Shown here one piece after another: positions 49,066 to 57,960 of a stretch of 64,000 nucleotides of DNA. Source of the stretch: an uncultured Gemmatimonadales bacterium (lineage in GTDB: Bacteria > Gemmatimonadota > Gemmatimonadetes > Longimicrobiales > RSA9); NCBI GenBank assembly GCA_963741945.1, contig CAVUKA010000008.1:1-64000 (forward strand), written 5' to 3'. Positions within the stretch are counted from its first letter, which is position 1, and each line of letters opens with the position of its first letter. A program made the translations under genes and the position numbers. The notes under the pieces were generated by a model, which saw only the letters and a list, made by a program, of their open reading frames with translations, was not told the origin of the DNA and made no database searches.

Positions 49066-50460
49066 ATGGAGCATTCCGTCCACGTGGACTTCGACACGGT
49101 CAAGCGCTTCGACAGGCCGGGGCCGCGCTATACATCGTATCCCACGGCGGTGGAGTTCACGGAAGCGGTGGGCGTGGACGCCTACCATGCGAAGCTGGCG
49201 GAGGCCAACGCGAAGGCCGACGCGCCGCTCAGCCTGTACGCGCACCTTCCGTTCTGCGAGCACCGCTGCCTCTTCTGCGGCTGCCACGTGGTGATCACGC
49301 CGCACATGCCCGTGGCCGAGAAGTACATGGCGTACATGAAGCGGGAGATCGACCTTCTGGCCGAGCACCTCCCGGACCGGCGCGGCGTGGTCCAGATGCA
49401 CTGGGGCGGCGGGACCCCGACGTACTACTCGCCGGCGCAGCTCGAGGAGCTGTTCGCGCATTTCCAGAAGTACTTCACGTTCGTGGACGGGGCCGAGCGG
49501 GCGCTGGAAGTCGATCCGCGTGTGACCAGCCGCGATCATCTGGCGACGCTGGCGGAGCTCGGCTTCAACCGACTCAGCCTGGGCGTGCAGGACCTCACGC
49601 CCGAGGTGCAGGTGGCCATCGACCGCAACCAGACGTACGAGCAGACTGCGCGACTGGTGGAGACCGCCCGCGAGCTCGGCTTCAACGACGGCATCAACAT
49701 CGACCTGATCTACGGCCTGCCGAAGCAGGAGCCCGAAACGTTCGGCAGGAACCTGGACCAGGTGATCGCGATGCGGCCCGACCGGGTAGCCGTCTACTCC
49801 TTCGCCTATGTCCCCTGGATCCGCGGGCACCAGAAGAAGCTCGACCGGGACCAGCTGCCGAGCCCTGAAGTGAAGCTGGAGCTGTACATCATGGCCATGG
49901 AGCGCTTCCTGGCCGCGGGCTATCAGCCCATCGGGATGGACCACTTCGCGCTGCCCGAGGATGAGCTGAGCGTGGCAGCGCACGAGGGGCGGCTCCACCG
50001 CAACTTCATGGGCTACACGGTCATGCCGGCGTCGGACATGATCGGGGTCGGGATCAGCGGGATCGGTGAGGTGCAGCACGGCTTCTTCCAGAACGAGAAG
50101 AAGCTGAGCACCTATTACGAAGCGCTGGATGCCGGCCGCCTCCCCGTAGCGCGGGGCTACCTGCTGGACGAGGATGACCGCATCCGGCAGCACGTGATCC
50201 AGCAGATCATGTGCAACTTCCGGGTGCGGAAAGCGGACGTGGAGGCCCGCTTCGGCGTCGATTTCGACGATTACCTGGCCGACTCTCTCGCCCGACTCGG
50301 CGACGTGCAGGAAGCCGGGTTCGTGGAGCTCGGCCCCGACGAGCTGCGGGTCACGCCCGAGGGTCGGCTGTTCGTCCGAAACGTGTGCATGGCCTTCGAC
50401 CGCTACCAGCTCGCGAAGGAGAAGGCCGCGGAAAAGCCGGTGTTCTCCCGAACGGTTTGA
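49066..50460 (+). CDS. hemN: Oxygen-independent coproporphyrinogen III oxidase (radical SAM)
   Basis: GPRYTSYPTA, HLPFCEHRCLFCGC, HWGGGTPT, RNFMGY. Confidence 0.97.
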   Translation: MEHSVHVDFDTVKRFDRPGPRYTSYPTAVEFTEAVGVDAYHAKLAEANAKADAPLSLYAHLPFCEHRCLFCGCHVVITPHMPVAEKYMAYMKREIDLLAEHLPDRRGVVQMHWGGGTPTYYSPAQLEELFAHFQKYFTFVDGAERALEVDPRVTSRDHLATLAELGFNRLSLGVQDLTPEVQVAIDRNQTYEQTARLVETARELGFNDGINIDLIYGLPKQEPETFGRNLDQVIAMRPDRVAVYSFAYVPWIRGHQKKLDRDQLPSPEVKLELYIMAMERFLAAGYQPIGMDHFALPEDELSVAAHEGRLHRNFMGYTVMPASDMIGVGISGIGEVQHGFFQNEKKLSTYYEALDAGRLPVARGYLLDEDDRIRQHVIQQIMCNFRVRKADVEARFGVDFDDYLADSLARLGDVQEAGFVELGPDELRVTPEGRLFVRNVCMAFDRYQLAKEKAAEKPVFSRTV

Positions 50461-50470
50461 GGCGGGTCCC

Positions 50471-51925
50471 ATGAAGCGCGTCGTCCTGATCGGCGGCGGG
50501 ATCACCGGACTGTCCACGGCCGTGCACCTGAACGACGGGGCGGACGCCATCCCGGGCGGTCTGGACGTCGTCGTCCTGGAAGCCCGGGAGCGGCCGGGCG
50601 GCAACATACAGACGGACCGGCCGGACGGGTTCCGGGTGGAGATGGGCCCCAACGGGTTCCTCGACAACGCGCCGGCCACGCTCGCACTGGTGGACCGCAT
50701 AGGTCTCACCGATCGGCTGCAGCGCGCCAACGACAACGCCGCGCGACGGTTCATCTACCGCAACGGCCGACTGCACGAGGTCCCCACGGGGCCCGCGGGC
50801 TTTCTGAAGAGCCAGGTGCTGAGCCTGCCGGGTCGCCTGCGGGTGTTCGGTGAGCCGTTCGCTCGATCGCGACCGGACGATATGGACGAAACGGTGTTCG
50901 ACTTCGCCGCCCGCCGCATCGGGCCGGAAGCGGCCGGCGTTCTCGTGGATGCCATGGTCTCCGGCGTCTTCGCCGGCAACGTCCATGAGCTCAGTCTCCA
51001 GAGCAGCTTCCCGAAGATGGCCCGCATGGAGGCCGAGCACGGCGGACTGGTCAAGGCCATGATCGCCGGGATGAAGAAGCGGCGGTCCGCCAGGAAGGAA
51101 GCGGCCGAGCGACGCGCCCGCGGTGAGGATGTGGCCGAGCTCACCGCCCCCGGCGGTCCCGCCGGGCCGGGCGGCACCCTGACTTCGTTCCGCGATGGGC
51201 TGGACACGCTGGTCCAGGGTCTCGCCGACGCAGTCGGTGACCGCCTCCGCACCGACAGTCCCGTCCGCACTGTCCAGCGCGCGGACCAGGGCCACTGGGA
51301 TGTCGTGCTCGAGAACGGCGAAACACTCCGCGCCGATGCCGTGGTCGTGACCACGCCGGCTCCCATCGCCGCGCCGCTGCTCCAGCAGGTCGACCCCACG
51401 CTCGCCGCGACAGTGGACGAGATCCGGACCGCCGGCCTGGCCGTGGTGGCCCTCGGATTTCGCCGGCGCGCGCTCCCCGATATCGATCTGGACGGCTTCG
51501 GATTCCTCGTTCCCCGCGACACGGGGCCGGACATCCTGGGCTGCCTGTGGGATTCGAGCGTCTTCCCCGGACGCGCGCCGGAAGGGAAGGTCCTCCTCCG
51601 CTGCATGATCGGGGGAGCGCACGACCCCGAAGCCGTCCGCACTCCCGAGCCGGCGCTCCTCGAGCGCGTGCGCCACGACCTCCAGACCACCATGGGGATC
51701 CCGGCCCGCGTCGAGCCCGCCCTCACCCGCGTCTACCGCTGGCCGCTGGGTATCGGGCAGTACACCACCGGGCACCAGGATCGGCTGGACCGCATCCACG
51801 GCCGACTCCGTGAGAACCCGGGGATCTGGGTGGCAGGCAGCTCCTTCTACGGCATCAGCATGAATGCCTGCTTCGAGAAAGCGCCCCAGCAGGCGAAGGA
51901 GATCCTGGCCTACCTCGCGGGCTGA
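50471..51925 (+). CDS. hemY: FAD-dependent protoporphyrinogen oxidase (HemY/HemG type)
   Basis: IGGGITGL, EMGPNGF, SGVFAG, GFGFLVP, WDSSVFPGRAP, QYTTGH. Confidence 0.95.
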   Translation: MKRVVLIGGGITGLSTAVHLNDGADAIPGGLDVVVLEARERPGGNIQTDRPDGFRVEMGPNGFLDNAPATLALVDRIGLTDRLQRANDNAARRFIYRNGRLHEVPTGPAGFLKSQVLSLPGRLRVFGEPFARSRPDDMDETVFDFAARRIGPEAAGVLVDAMVSGVFAGNVHELSLQSSFPKMARMEAEHGGLVKAMIAGMKKRRSARKEAAERRARGEDVAELTAPGGPAGPGGTLTSFRDGLDTLVQGLADAVGDRLRTDSPVRTVQRADQGHWDVVLENGETLRADAVVVTTPAPIAAPLLQQVDPTLAATVDEIRTAGLAVVALGFRRRALPDIDLDGFGFLVPRDTGPDILGCLWDSSVFPGRAPEGKVLLRCMIGGAHDPEAVRTPEPALLERVRHDLQTTMGIPARVEPALTRVYRWPLGIGQYTTGHQDRLDRIHGRLRENPGIWVAGSSFYGISMNACFEKAPQQAKEILAYLAG

Positions 51926-51935
51926 ACCGATCCGA

Positions 51936-52448
51936 TTAGGTCGTCGACTCCCGTTCGGTCACGGCGCCGGGCGCCGGTCGGTTCCGGCTCCAGATCCAGA
52001 ACTCCACGCTGCTGGTGAGGAGCGCGAGCGAGATCATCAGCTCCAGCGACCCGACCGCTGTTTCAGCCCAGAAACCACCGGTATCGGCCAGGGTCCGTAG
52101 GAGGATCCCCGCGACCACCATCGGGATCAGGGCCAGGAAGAAGCCCGGACGGAAGAACTGCCAGACGCGGGGGTCGTCGAGAGTGTGAATGCGGGCGAGA
52201 TTCTTCCGGCACCCCCGCGCAAACGCCGCGCGTCCGCGCAGGCTGCCCACGACGAGGCCGACCCCGGCCACGAGCCAGGGCACCACCTCGTGGACGTGCA
52301 GGTCGGCGGCGGCAAGGACGTAGCTGCTCCCCTTGAGCAGGAGCGCGATCCCGCCTCCGTACCAGACCGTGGCGGCGAGCACGGTGAGCGTGCGCCTCGA
52401 AGCCCTCAATCCCCCCCCCGGTGGTGTGCGGCCAGCGGTCGGCCGCAC
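51936..52448 (-). CDS. Hypothetical membrane protein (about 4 TM)
   Basis: Hydrophobic segments with basic loop RKNLARIHTL; just downstream of the Cyc2-like gene; start uncertain. Confidence 0.7.
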   Translation of the reverse strand: MRPTAGRTPPGGGLRASRRTLTVLAATVWYGGGIALLLKGSSYVLAAADLHVHEVVPWLVAGVGLVVGSLRGRAAFARGCRKNLARIHTLDDPRVWQFFRPGFFLALIPMVVAGILLRTLADTGGFWAETAVGSLELMISLALLTSSVEFWIWSRNRPAPGAVTERESTT

Positions 52449-52484
52449 GGAAAGTAACCGGACCGGGAGGGGCGAGAAAGGCGT

Positions 52485-53903
52485 TTAGAACAGGATCCAG
52501 GCCACCAGGTAGAACGTGTTGTTGTCGGACGCGTTCCGGCCCTGGCCGTCATAGTCGGTGGACGCCCCGTTGAAGCGGGAGTACGCCGTGTACTGGACGG
52601 TGAACTTCGTGTTCAGCCACGGCGTGAAGCTCGCCTGGCCGATCAGCCCGCTGCTGTCGGGCGATCCCGTCCGGCTGCCGTCGACGGCTCCGGCCGCGTA
52701 CACCGATGGCGCAGTGGTTCCCGTGGTCCTGAACGGGGCCAGTGTCAGGCCCAGCCAGCTCTCGCGGAAGAACGTGGCATCCAGGCGGAACGTGTCCAGC
52801 TTTCGCTCGTTGACGCTGCCGCCGGCCAGAACCCAGCCGGGGTGGACGTTCTCGTGGATCCAGGTCGCATGGGTCGAGAGGGCGTCGGCGCTGCCGACGT
52901 GGTGGAGCCAGGAGGCGTCCAGCGCGATGTCGTCGACCTGGTCGGTGGTCCCGGCCGGGGCCGGGTCCTCGGCCATGCGGTCCGCGACCATGCCATACGC
53001 CCCGACGTGGGCGTAGTCGCGGCTCCAGTTGTGCTGCAGGGCGATGCGCCAGTAGGGGGCGACGCCGCTGATGTCGCCACTCGCGTTGTCCGGCAGCGGC
53101 CTGCCCACGCCGGTGGGAGCGGAGCGATAGGCCCCGGCTTCGAGATAGACCTTCTGCGCCCACAGGCCGTAGACGGTGAGTCCGGCCACTTCCTGGGCCA
53201 GGTTCCCGGCGAGCAGCGGCGATGCGGCCGGTGCCGGCGCCGCGGGTGAGCTCGCGTAGGGGAATCCCCAGACGGGGGTGCTGTTCCAGAGATCCTGCAC
53301 CGTGGGCGCGTTGTTCAGCGACAAGCCCCAGTGCAGCGGCTGACCGAACGCTTTCGTCTGGTCAGCGAAGCGCAGGTCGGCGTTGTCCAGGCCGAAGTCG
53401 CCCTCGACCCCGTCGTAGGTGACCTGCGCGAAGCCACCGAGGCGCGGTGTGATCTCGCCACCGAGGAACAGGCTGAGCTGGTCCGGGAGCAGGACGTCGC
53501 CGTTGCGGCTGTCCGGCTGCGAGGCGGCGGTGACCGTGTACGATGTCTGTACCATGAAGGAGAGCGCCGGGATGGCGCCGATGAGGAGCAGGGTCCGATC
53601 TCCCGACTTCGCCTCCACGGTCTCACCCTGGCGCAGGGTGTACCCGTCCAGCTTGAACGCGCGGCCGAACGCCGTCAGTTCGGGGAACTGGGTGTGGCAC
53701 ATGTTGCACGCCATCCCCGTCTGGCGGGCGAACGTTGGCGTGGGCGTGGCGGCCTCCAGCAGGCGAGAGAATGCCGCCGTACCGGCGGCGACGGACCGCG
53801 GCGGCCGCTCGGCCGCTGCCGGGGTGGCGGCGACCACAAGGGCCACCGCCATGGACAGGAACCGGGACAGCGCGCTCCGCACAGCGCTCGTTCCGCGCAT
53901 CAT
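52485..53903 (-). CDS. Cyc2-like fused monoheme cytochrome c / outer-membrane porin
   Basis: SD GGAGG; signal peptide; PTFARQTGMACNMCHTQFPELTAFGRAFKLDGY; beta-strand C-terminal region ending WILF. Confidence 0.85.
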   Translation of the reverse strand: MMRGTSAVRSALSRFLSMAVALVVAATPAAAERPPRSVAAGTAAFSRLLEAATPTPTFARQTGMACNMCHTQFPELTAFGRAFKLDGYTLRQGETVEAKSGDRTLLLIGAIPALSFMVQTSYTVTAASQPDSRNGDVLLPDQLSLFLGGEITPRLGGFAQVTYDGVEGDFGLDNADLRFADQTKAFGQPLHWGLSLNNAPTVQDLWNSTPVWGFPYASSPAAPAPAASPLLAGNLAQEVAGLTVYGLWAQKVYLEAGAYRSAPTGVGRPLPDNASGDISGVAPYWRIALQHNWSRDYAHVGAYGMVADRMAEDPAPAGTTDQVDDIALDASWLHHVGSADALSTHATWIHENVHPGWVLAGGSVNERKLDTFRLDATFFRESWLGLTLAPFRTTGTTAPSVYAAGAVDGSRTGSPDSSGLIGQASFTPWLNTKFTVQYTAYSRFNGASTDYDGQGRNASDNNTFYLVAWILF

Positions 53904-54146
53904 CTCCTCCAGGATGTCCGGGGAAGGACGGGAGGGTGACTCCGGAGACGTGCCGGCGAACGCGGCGGTACCGAAGCTCCCGCGCCGTCGCGTTCATTAC
54001 GTTCCGCGCTCCGCGGAACTCCTGACCAAGCTAAGGGGCAAGGCCCGGGGACGCACGAGGCCCGCGGACGCACGTCACGCCGCGCGCCGTCGCGGAAGGG
54101 AGAAGGGGCTGGCGGCAGGGGAAGGCGCGTGCCATCCTATGACCCC

Positions 54147-54229
54147 GCCGGGGTGGCGAAACGGCAGACGCGGGGGACTTAAAATCCCCTGGGCTTCGGC
54201 CCGTGTGGGTTCGACCCCCACCCCCGGCA
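54147..54229 (+). tRNA. tRNA-Leu(TAA)
   Basis: GCCGGGG...CCCCGGC-A, anticodon arm GGGGA-CTTAAAA-TCCCC, long variable arm GGGC-TTCG-GCCC; no CCA. Confidence 0.97.
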
Positions 54230-54231
54230 CT

Positions 54232-54269
54232 ACAAGGGCCGCAACGGTTTACGCCGCTGCGGCCCTTGT
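54232..54269. terminator. Hairpin between convergent tRNA-Leu and PDZ gene
   Basis: ACAAGGGCCGCA...TGCGGCCCTTGT 12-bp inverted repeat. Confidence 0.7.
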
Positions 54270-54299
54270 CCGTCGAGGCCCGGGTGCGGACCGGCGGTC

Positions 54300-55205
54300 T
54301 CACTCCCCCGGTGCCCCCCGGTGGCCACTTACGGTGGTCCGCTTCTTCTGGCGCATGATCTGGAAGCGGATGGTCTCGTCCGGTCGGTAGGACGCCATGA
54401 TCTCCCGGGCGTGTTCTGCGTCCATCACGTCGCGGCCGTCGATGGAGAGGATCACATCGCCCGCCCGAAGTCCGAGGCTGTCGGCGCGCACCGCGGTCAC
54501 GAGCACGCCATTGCTGGTGCCGAAGTAGGCGCCGAGCTCCGGATTCATGTCCACCAGCTCCAGCCCTCCGGCGCGCCCGCCGAAGAACAAGCGCATGCCG
54601 GGCGCGTCGTGGCCCGAGCGCAGCTCCCAGACGCCGCCCGGCTGTCCCGGTCGTCCCGGCGCGCCGGGCGCCACGCGGATCCGGTCGAGGTCCGGCCGGG
54701 CGCGCACCATCAGCTCGCCGGGTGGGGTGCGTGCGGCCACCACGCTGGCTTCGAGGGTGCGGCCGTCACGGCGGTAGGAGATGGCGACGGTGTCGCCGGG
54801 CTCCACGTCGCCCATCCGATCCACGATGGCGTCCGCGGGCTCGTCGCCCAGCGCTTTCCCGTTCATGCCGGTGATGACATCGCCTCCGCGCAGCCCGGCA
54901 CGTTCGGCGGGTCCACCCGTCACGACCTCATCCACCCGCACGCCGCTGCGCCCGTCGACCTGGACGTCATCGCCCAGCACCAGCCCCAGCCGGGCCCGGT
55001 TCCCCGTGACAGGGAAGGGCAGCGCCCCCGGCGAGACCAGGGCGGGCATGCCGCGGGCCGGTGGGGCGCCGGGCGTGCAGATGCAGGTCTGGCTCTCCCG
55101 CACCGTGTCCGCTTCCTGAGCGCGGGCCTGGACGGTGGTGATCGCAGTCATGACGGCGATTGCGGGCAGGGCGCGCGCAATCGCTCGCAGAGAGGCGGCG
55201 GACAT
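54300..55205 (-). CDS. Secreted tandem-PDZ protein without protease domain
   Basis: SD AAGGAG; signal peptide; GPAERAGLRGGDVI and GLRAGDVILSIDG. Confidence 0.85.
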   Translation of the reverse strand: MSAASLRAIARALPAIAVMTAITTVQARAQEADTVRESQTCICTPGAPPARGMPALVSPGALPFPVTGNRARLGLVLGDDVQVDGRSGVRVDEVVTGGPAERAGLRGGDVITGMNGKALGDEPADAIVDRMGDVEPGDTVAISYRRDGRTLEASVVAARTPPGELMVRARPDLDRIRVAPGAPGRPGQPGGVWELRSGHDAPGMRLFFGGRAGGLELVDMNPELGAYFGTSNGVLVTAVRADSLGLRAGDVILSIDGRDVMDAEHAREIMASYRPDETIRFQIMRQKKRTTVSGHRGAPGE

Positions 55206-55332
55206 GTTCGTGCTCCTTTTCGGATCGCTGGTGCGGCGGCCGTTGTGACCGCTCGACTCTTGGATGCGCGCGCCCGCCAGCACCGTTGCCCGCGCTTGCC
55301 GGGGTCCGGCGCCCGCGGGTAGGTTGCCCTCC

Positions 55333-55722
55333 GTGGACACGACTCTGGACATCCTCGCGGTCGCGGGGATCGCGGCCGCCGCCTGGGGTTTCCTGCGGGC
55401 GGCGTTCCGATTCCTGCGTCACGGCGCGACCGGCATCTGGACGGACGAGATGGCTCGAATGCAGGCCCGACGGGGCGACCTGACAGCGCTCCGGGAGACG
55501 GAGCGGGAGCGCCGCGCGGCACGGCGGGGGAGTGCGAGCGCGGCCGCGGCCTCCGTTGCGTGGGCCGCCCTCGTCGTCGTGCCTTCGTTCACGGCGTGGG
55601 CCAGACCGGTGTACGCAGCCTGCGCAGTGCTCTGGCTGGTGCCGCTGATGCACCGGCGGCGTGGCGATGGGGACGGTCCGTCGCGGGGACGCGCCGGATC
55701 CTCGGATGGGGGCCGCCAGTGA
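55333..55722 (+). CDS. Small hypothetical membrane protein
   Basis: Three hydrophobic segments; stop overlaps rnz start (GTGA); TTGCCG-18-TAGGTT 7 nt upstream of GTG. Confidence 0.65.
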   Translation: MDTTLDILAVAGIAAAAWGFLRAAFRFLRHGATGIWTDEMARMQARRGDLTALRETERERRAARRGSASAAAASVAWAALVVVPSFTAWARPVYAACAVLWLVPLMHRRRGDGDGPSRGRAGSSDGGRQ

Positions 55723-56645
55723 TCCGGGTGGTGTTCCTGGGCACGGCGGCGAGCCGTCCCACCGTGTCGCGCAACGTGAGTGCGGTGCTGGTGCACCGTC
55801 TGGGCGAGGCGCTGCTGTTCGATTGCGGCGAGGGTACGCAGAGACAGATGATGCGCTACGGCACCGGCTTCGCCGTGAACGACATCTTCTTCACGCACAT
55901 GCACGCGGACCACCTCCTGGGGCTGCCCGGGCTGCTGCGCACCATGGGGCTCCAGGGGCGCGAAGCGCCCATGCGGCTCTATTGCAGCCGTGGCGAAGGG
56001 AAGACGGTGAACGAAGCGGTCCACCTGGGGGTGGAGCGGGTCCCGTTCGAGGTCAGCATACGGGAGCTGGAGCCCGACGAGGCGGTGGAGCGGGACGGCT
56101 ACGACATCGTCGCCTACCGCACGCGCCACGGACGGTCTTCCCTCGGCTATGCGCTGGTGGAGCACCTGCGTCTCGGCCGCTTCGACCCGGAACGGGCCCG
56201 GGAGCTGGGCGTCCCCGAGGGTCCGCTTTTCGGGCGTCTCCATCACGGGAATCCGGTGGAGGTGGAGGGTCGCGTGATCACACCCGATGCGGTGGTTGGC
56301 CCGCCGCGGCCCGGGCGCCGGCTGGTGTACACCGGCGACACCCGTCCAACACGCAGCACGGTGAAGAACGCCAACGACGCCGACCTGCTCATCCACGAGG
56401 CGACGTTCGCGCAGGAGGAGGCGGCTCGCGCGAGGGAAACGGAGCATTCGACCGCGCGGGAGGCGGCACGCACCGCCCGTGATGCCGGCGTGCGGCGGCT
56501 CGTCCTGACGCACCTTTCGCCGCGCTACGGGCTGGATCCGACCGTCCTGGAGCAGGAGGCCCGCGCCGTTTTCCCCGACACGCAGATCGCGCGCGACGGG
56601 ATGGAGATCGAAGTCCCGTTCCGCGATGCCGCGAGCGAGGATTGA
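55719..56645 (+). CDS. rnz: Ribonuclease Z
   Basis: FLGTAAS, FDCGEGTQRQ, THMHADHLLG, exosite LGVPEGP, YTGDTRP, HEATF, LTHLSPRY. Confidence 0.96.
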   Translation: MIRVVFLGTAASRPTVSRNVSAVLVHRLGEALLFDCGEGTQRQMMRYGTGFAVNDIFFTHMHADHLLGLPGLLRTMGLQGREAPMRLYCSRGEGKTVNEAVHLGVERVPFEVSIRELEPDEAVERDGYDIVAYRTRHGRSSLGYALVEHLRLGRFDPERARELGVPEGPLFGRLHHGNPVEVEGRVITPDAVVGPPRPGRRLVYTGDTRPTRSTVKNANDADLLIHEATFAQEEAARARETEHSTAREAARTARDAGVRRLVLTHLSPRYGLDPTVLEQEARAVFPDTQIARDGMEIEVPFRDAASED

Positions 56646-57960
56646 CGTGACCGCTCGTGCAGGACCGGTGGAGATAACGGTGCCGGGCGACAAGTCCATC
56701 AGCCATCGCGCCCTCCTGCTGGCCGCGCTGGCCACGGGCGAAAGCCGCATCCGGGGCCTGCTCGACGCCGGCGACACCCGCGCCACGGCCAGTGCGCTCC
56801 GGACGCTCGGGTTCGCCCTCCCGGAACGGCTCGACGGGGAGATCCGGCTCCAGGGTCGCGGTCTGGACGGCGTGTGCGGGCGCGACCTGGCCGTGGACTG
56901 CGCCAACAGCGGAACCACGGCCAGGCTCCTGCTGGGGCTCCTGGCCGGCAGTGACGTGGAGGCGGTCCTGACCGGCGACGCTTCGCTCCGGCGCAGGCCG
57001 ATGCACCGCGTCATCGGACCGCTGGGCGTGGCGGGCGCGCACTTCGATGAGCTGGGCGACGAGGGGCGGCTCCCGATCCGCGTTCGAGGGCGTTCCCCGC
57101 TGGATCCGATCCGCACCGGGAACCCCCGCTCCAGCGCGCAGGTCAAGTCGTCGCTGCTGCTGGCCGGCCTCACGGGGCATGCCCCCGTGGAGGTCATCTC
57201 GCCGCTGCCATCGCGGGATCACACGGAGCGGATGCTGCAGGCCATGGGTGCGCCCGTTCGGGTTCAGCGGGCGACCACCGGCGGTGACGCGGGGGAGCGG
57301 GTGGTCAGCGGCGTGGCCGATTTTCTGCGGCCGCTCGAGCTCGAGGTGCCCGGCGACCTTTCCGCGGCGGCCTTCTTCGTGGGCTTCGGTGTGCTGATCG
57401 GTGCCGTCCGGATCCGTGGGGTGGGATTGAACCCGGGGCGGACGGGCGCGCTCGACGTGCTGCGGCGGATGGGGGGCACGGTGGAGACGCGCGAGACCGA
57501 GGAGCGAGCGGGTGAGCCTGTGGGCGTCGTGGAGGCGGCGCCCGGAGAGGGTCTGCGGGGCGTGCGAATCGGTCCGGAATCCATCCCGTCGCTCATTGAC
57601 GAGGTGCCCGTCCTCGCCGTTGTCGCCGCACTGGCGGAAGGGGAGACGCGCTTCGAGGGCGTGGCCGAGCTGCGCGTGAAGGAGAGCGACCGCGTGGCGG
57701 CGCTGTGCCAGAATCTGCGCGCGCTTGGCGTTGAAGCGGTGGAAGAGCAGGACGCGTTCACGGTGGTGGGTTTGCCCGGGCGGCGGCTTCGTGGTGAGGT
57801 GGATGCCCATGGCGATCACCGGATCGCCATGGCGTTCGGCGTCGTCGGCGCCCTCGATGGGAACGACATCGCCGTGCGCGGCATGGAGGCCTCGGCCATC
57901 AGCTATCCAGGTTTCTGGCGCGCGCTGGACGGCGCCGCACGCAAAATGGAGGAGTGTTGA
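56626..57960 (+). CDS. aroA: 3-phosphoshikimate 1-carboxyvinyltransferase
   Basis: PGDKSISHRA, NSGTTARL, SAQVKS, RDHTERML, ELRVKESDR, DHRIAMAF. Confidence 0.97.
   Translation: MPRARIDVTARAGPVEITVPGDKSISHRALLLAALATGESRIRGLLDAGDTRATASALRTLGFALPERLDGEIRLQGRGLDGVCGRDLAVDCANSGTTARLLLGLLAGSDVEAVLTGDASLRRRPMHRVIGPLGVAGAHFDELGDEGRLPIRVRGRSPLDPIRTGNPRSSAQVKSSLLLAGLTGHAPVEVISPLPSRDHTERMLQAMGAPVRVQRATTGGDAGERVVSGVADFLRPLELEVPGDLSAAAFFVGFGVLIGAVRIRGVGLNPGRTGALDVLRRMGGTVETRETEERAGEPVGVVEAAPGEGLRGVRIGPESIPSLIDEVPVLAVVAALAEGETRFEGVAELRVKESDRVAALCQNLRALGVEAVEEQDAFTVVGLPGRRLRGEVDAHGDHRIAMAFGVVGALDGNDIAVRGMEASAISYPGFWRALDGAARKMEEC

Noticed and set aside
54120-54134. Minus-strand TGGCACGCGCCTTCC as a sigma54 promoter for the Cyc2-like gene
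   Set aside because: -12 element is TTCC rather than TTGC, and the same bases fit an extended -10 (TG-N-CATCCT) for tRNA-Leu
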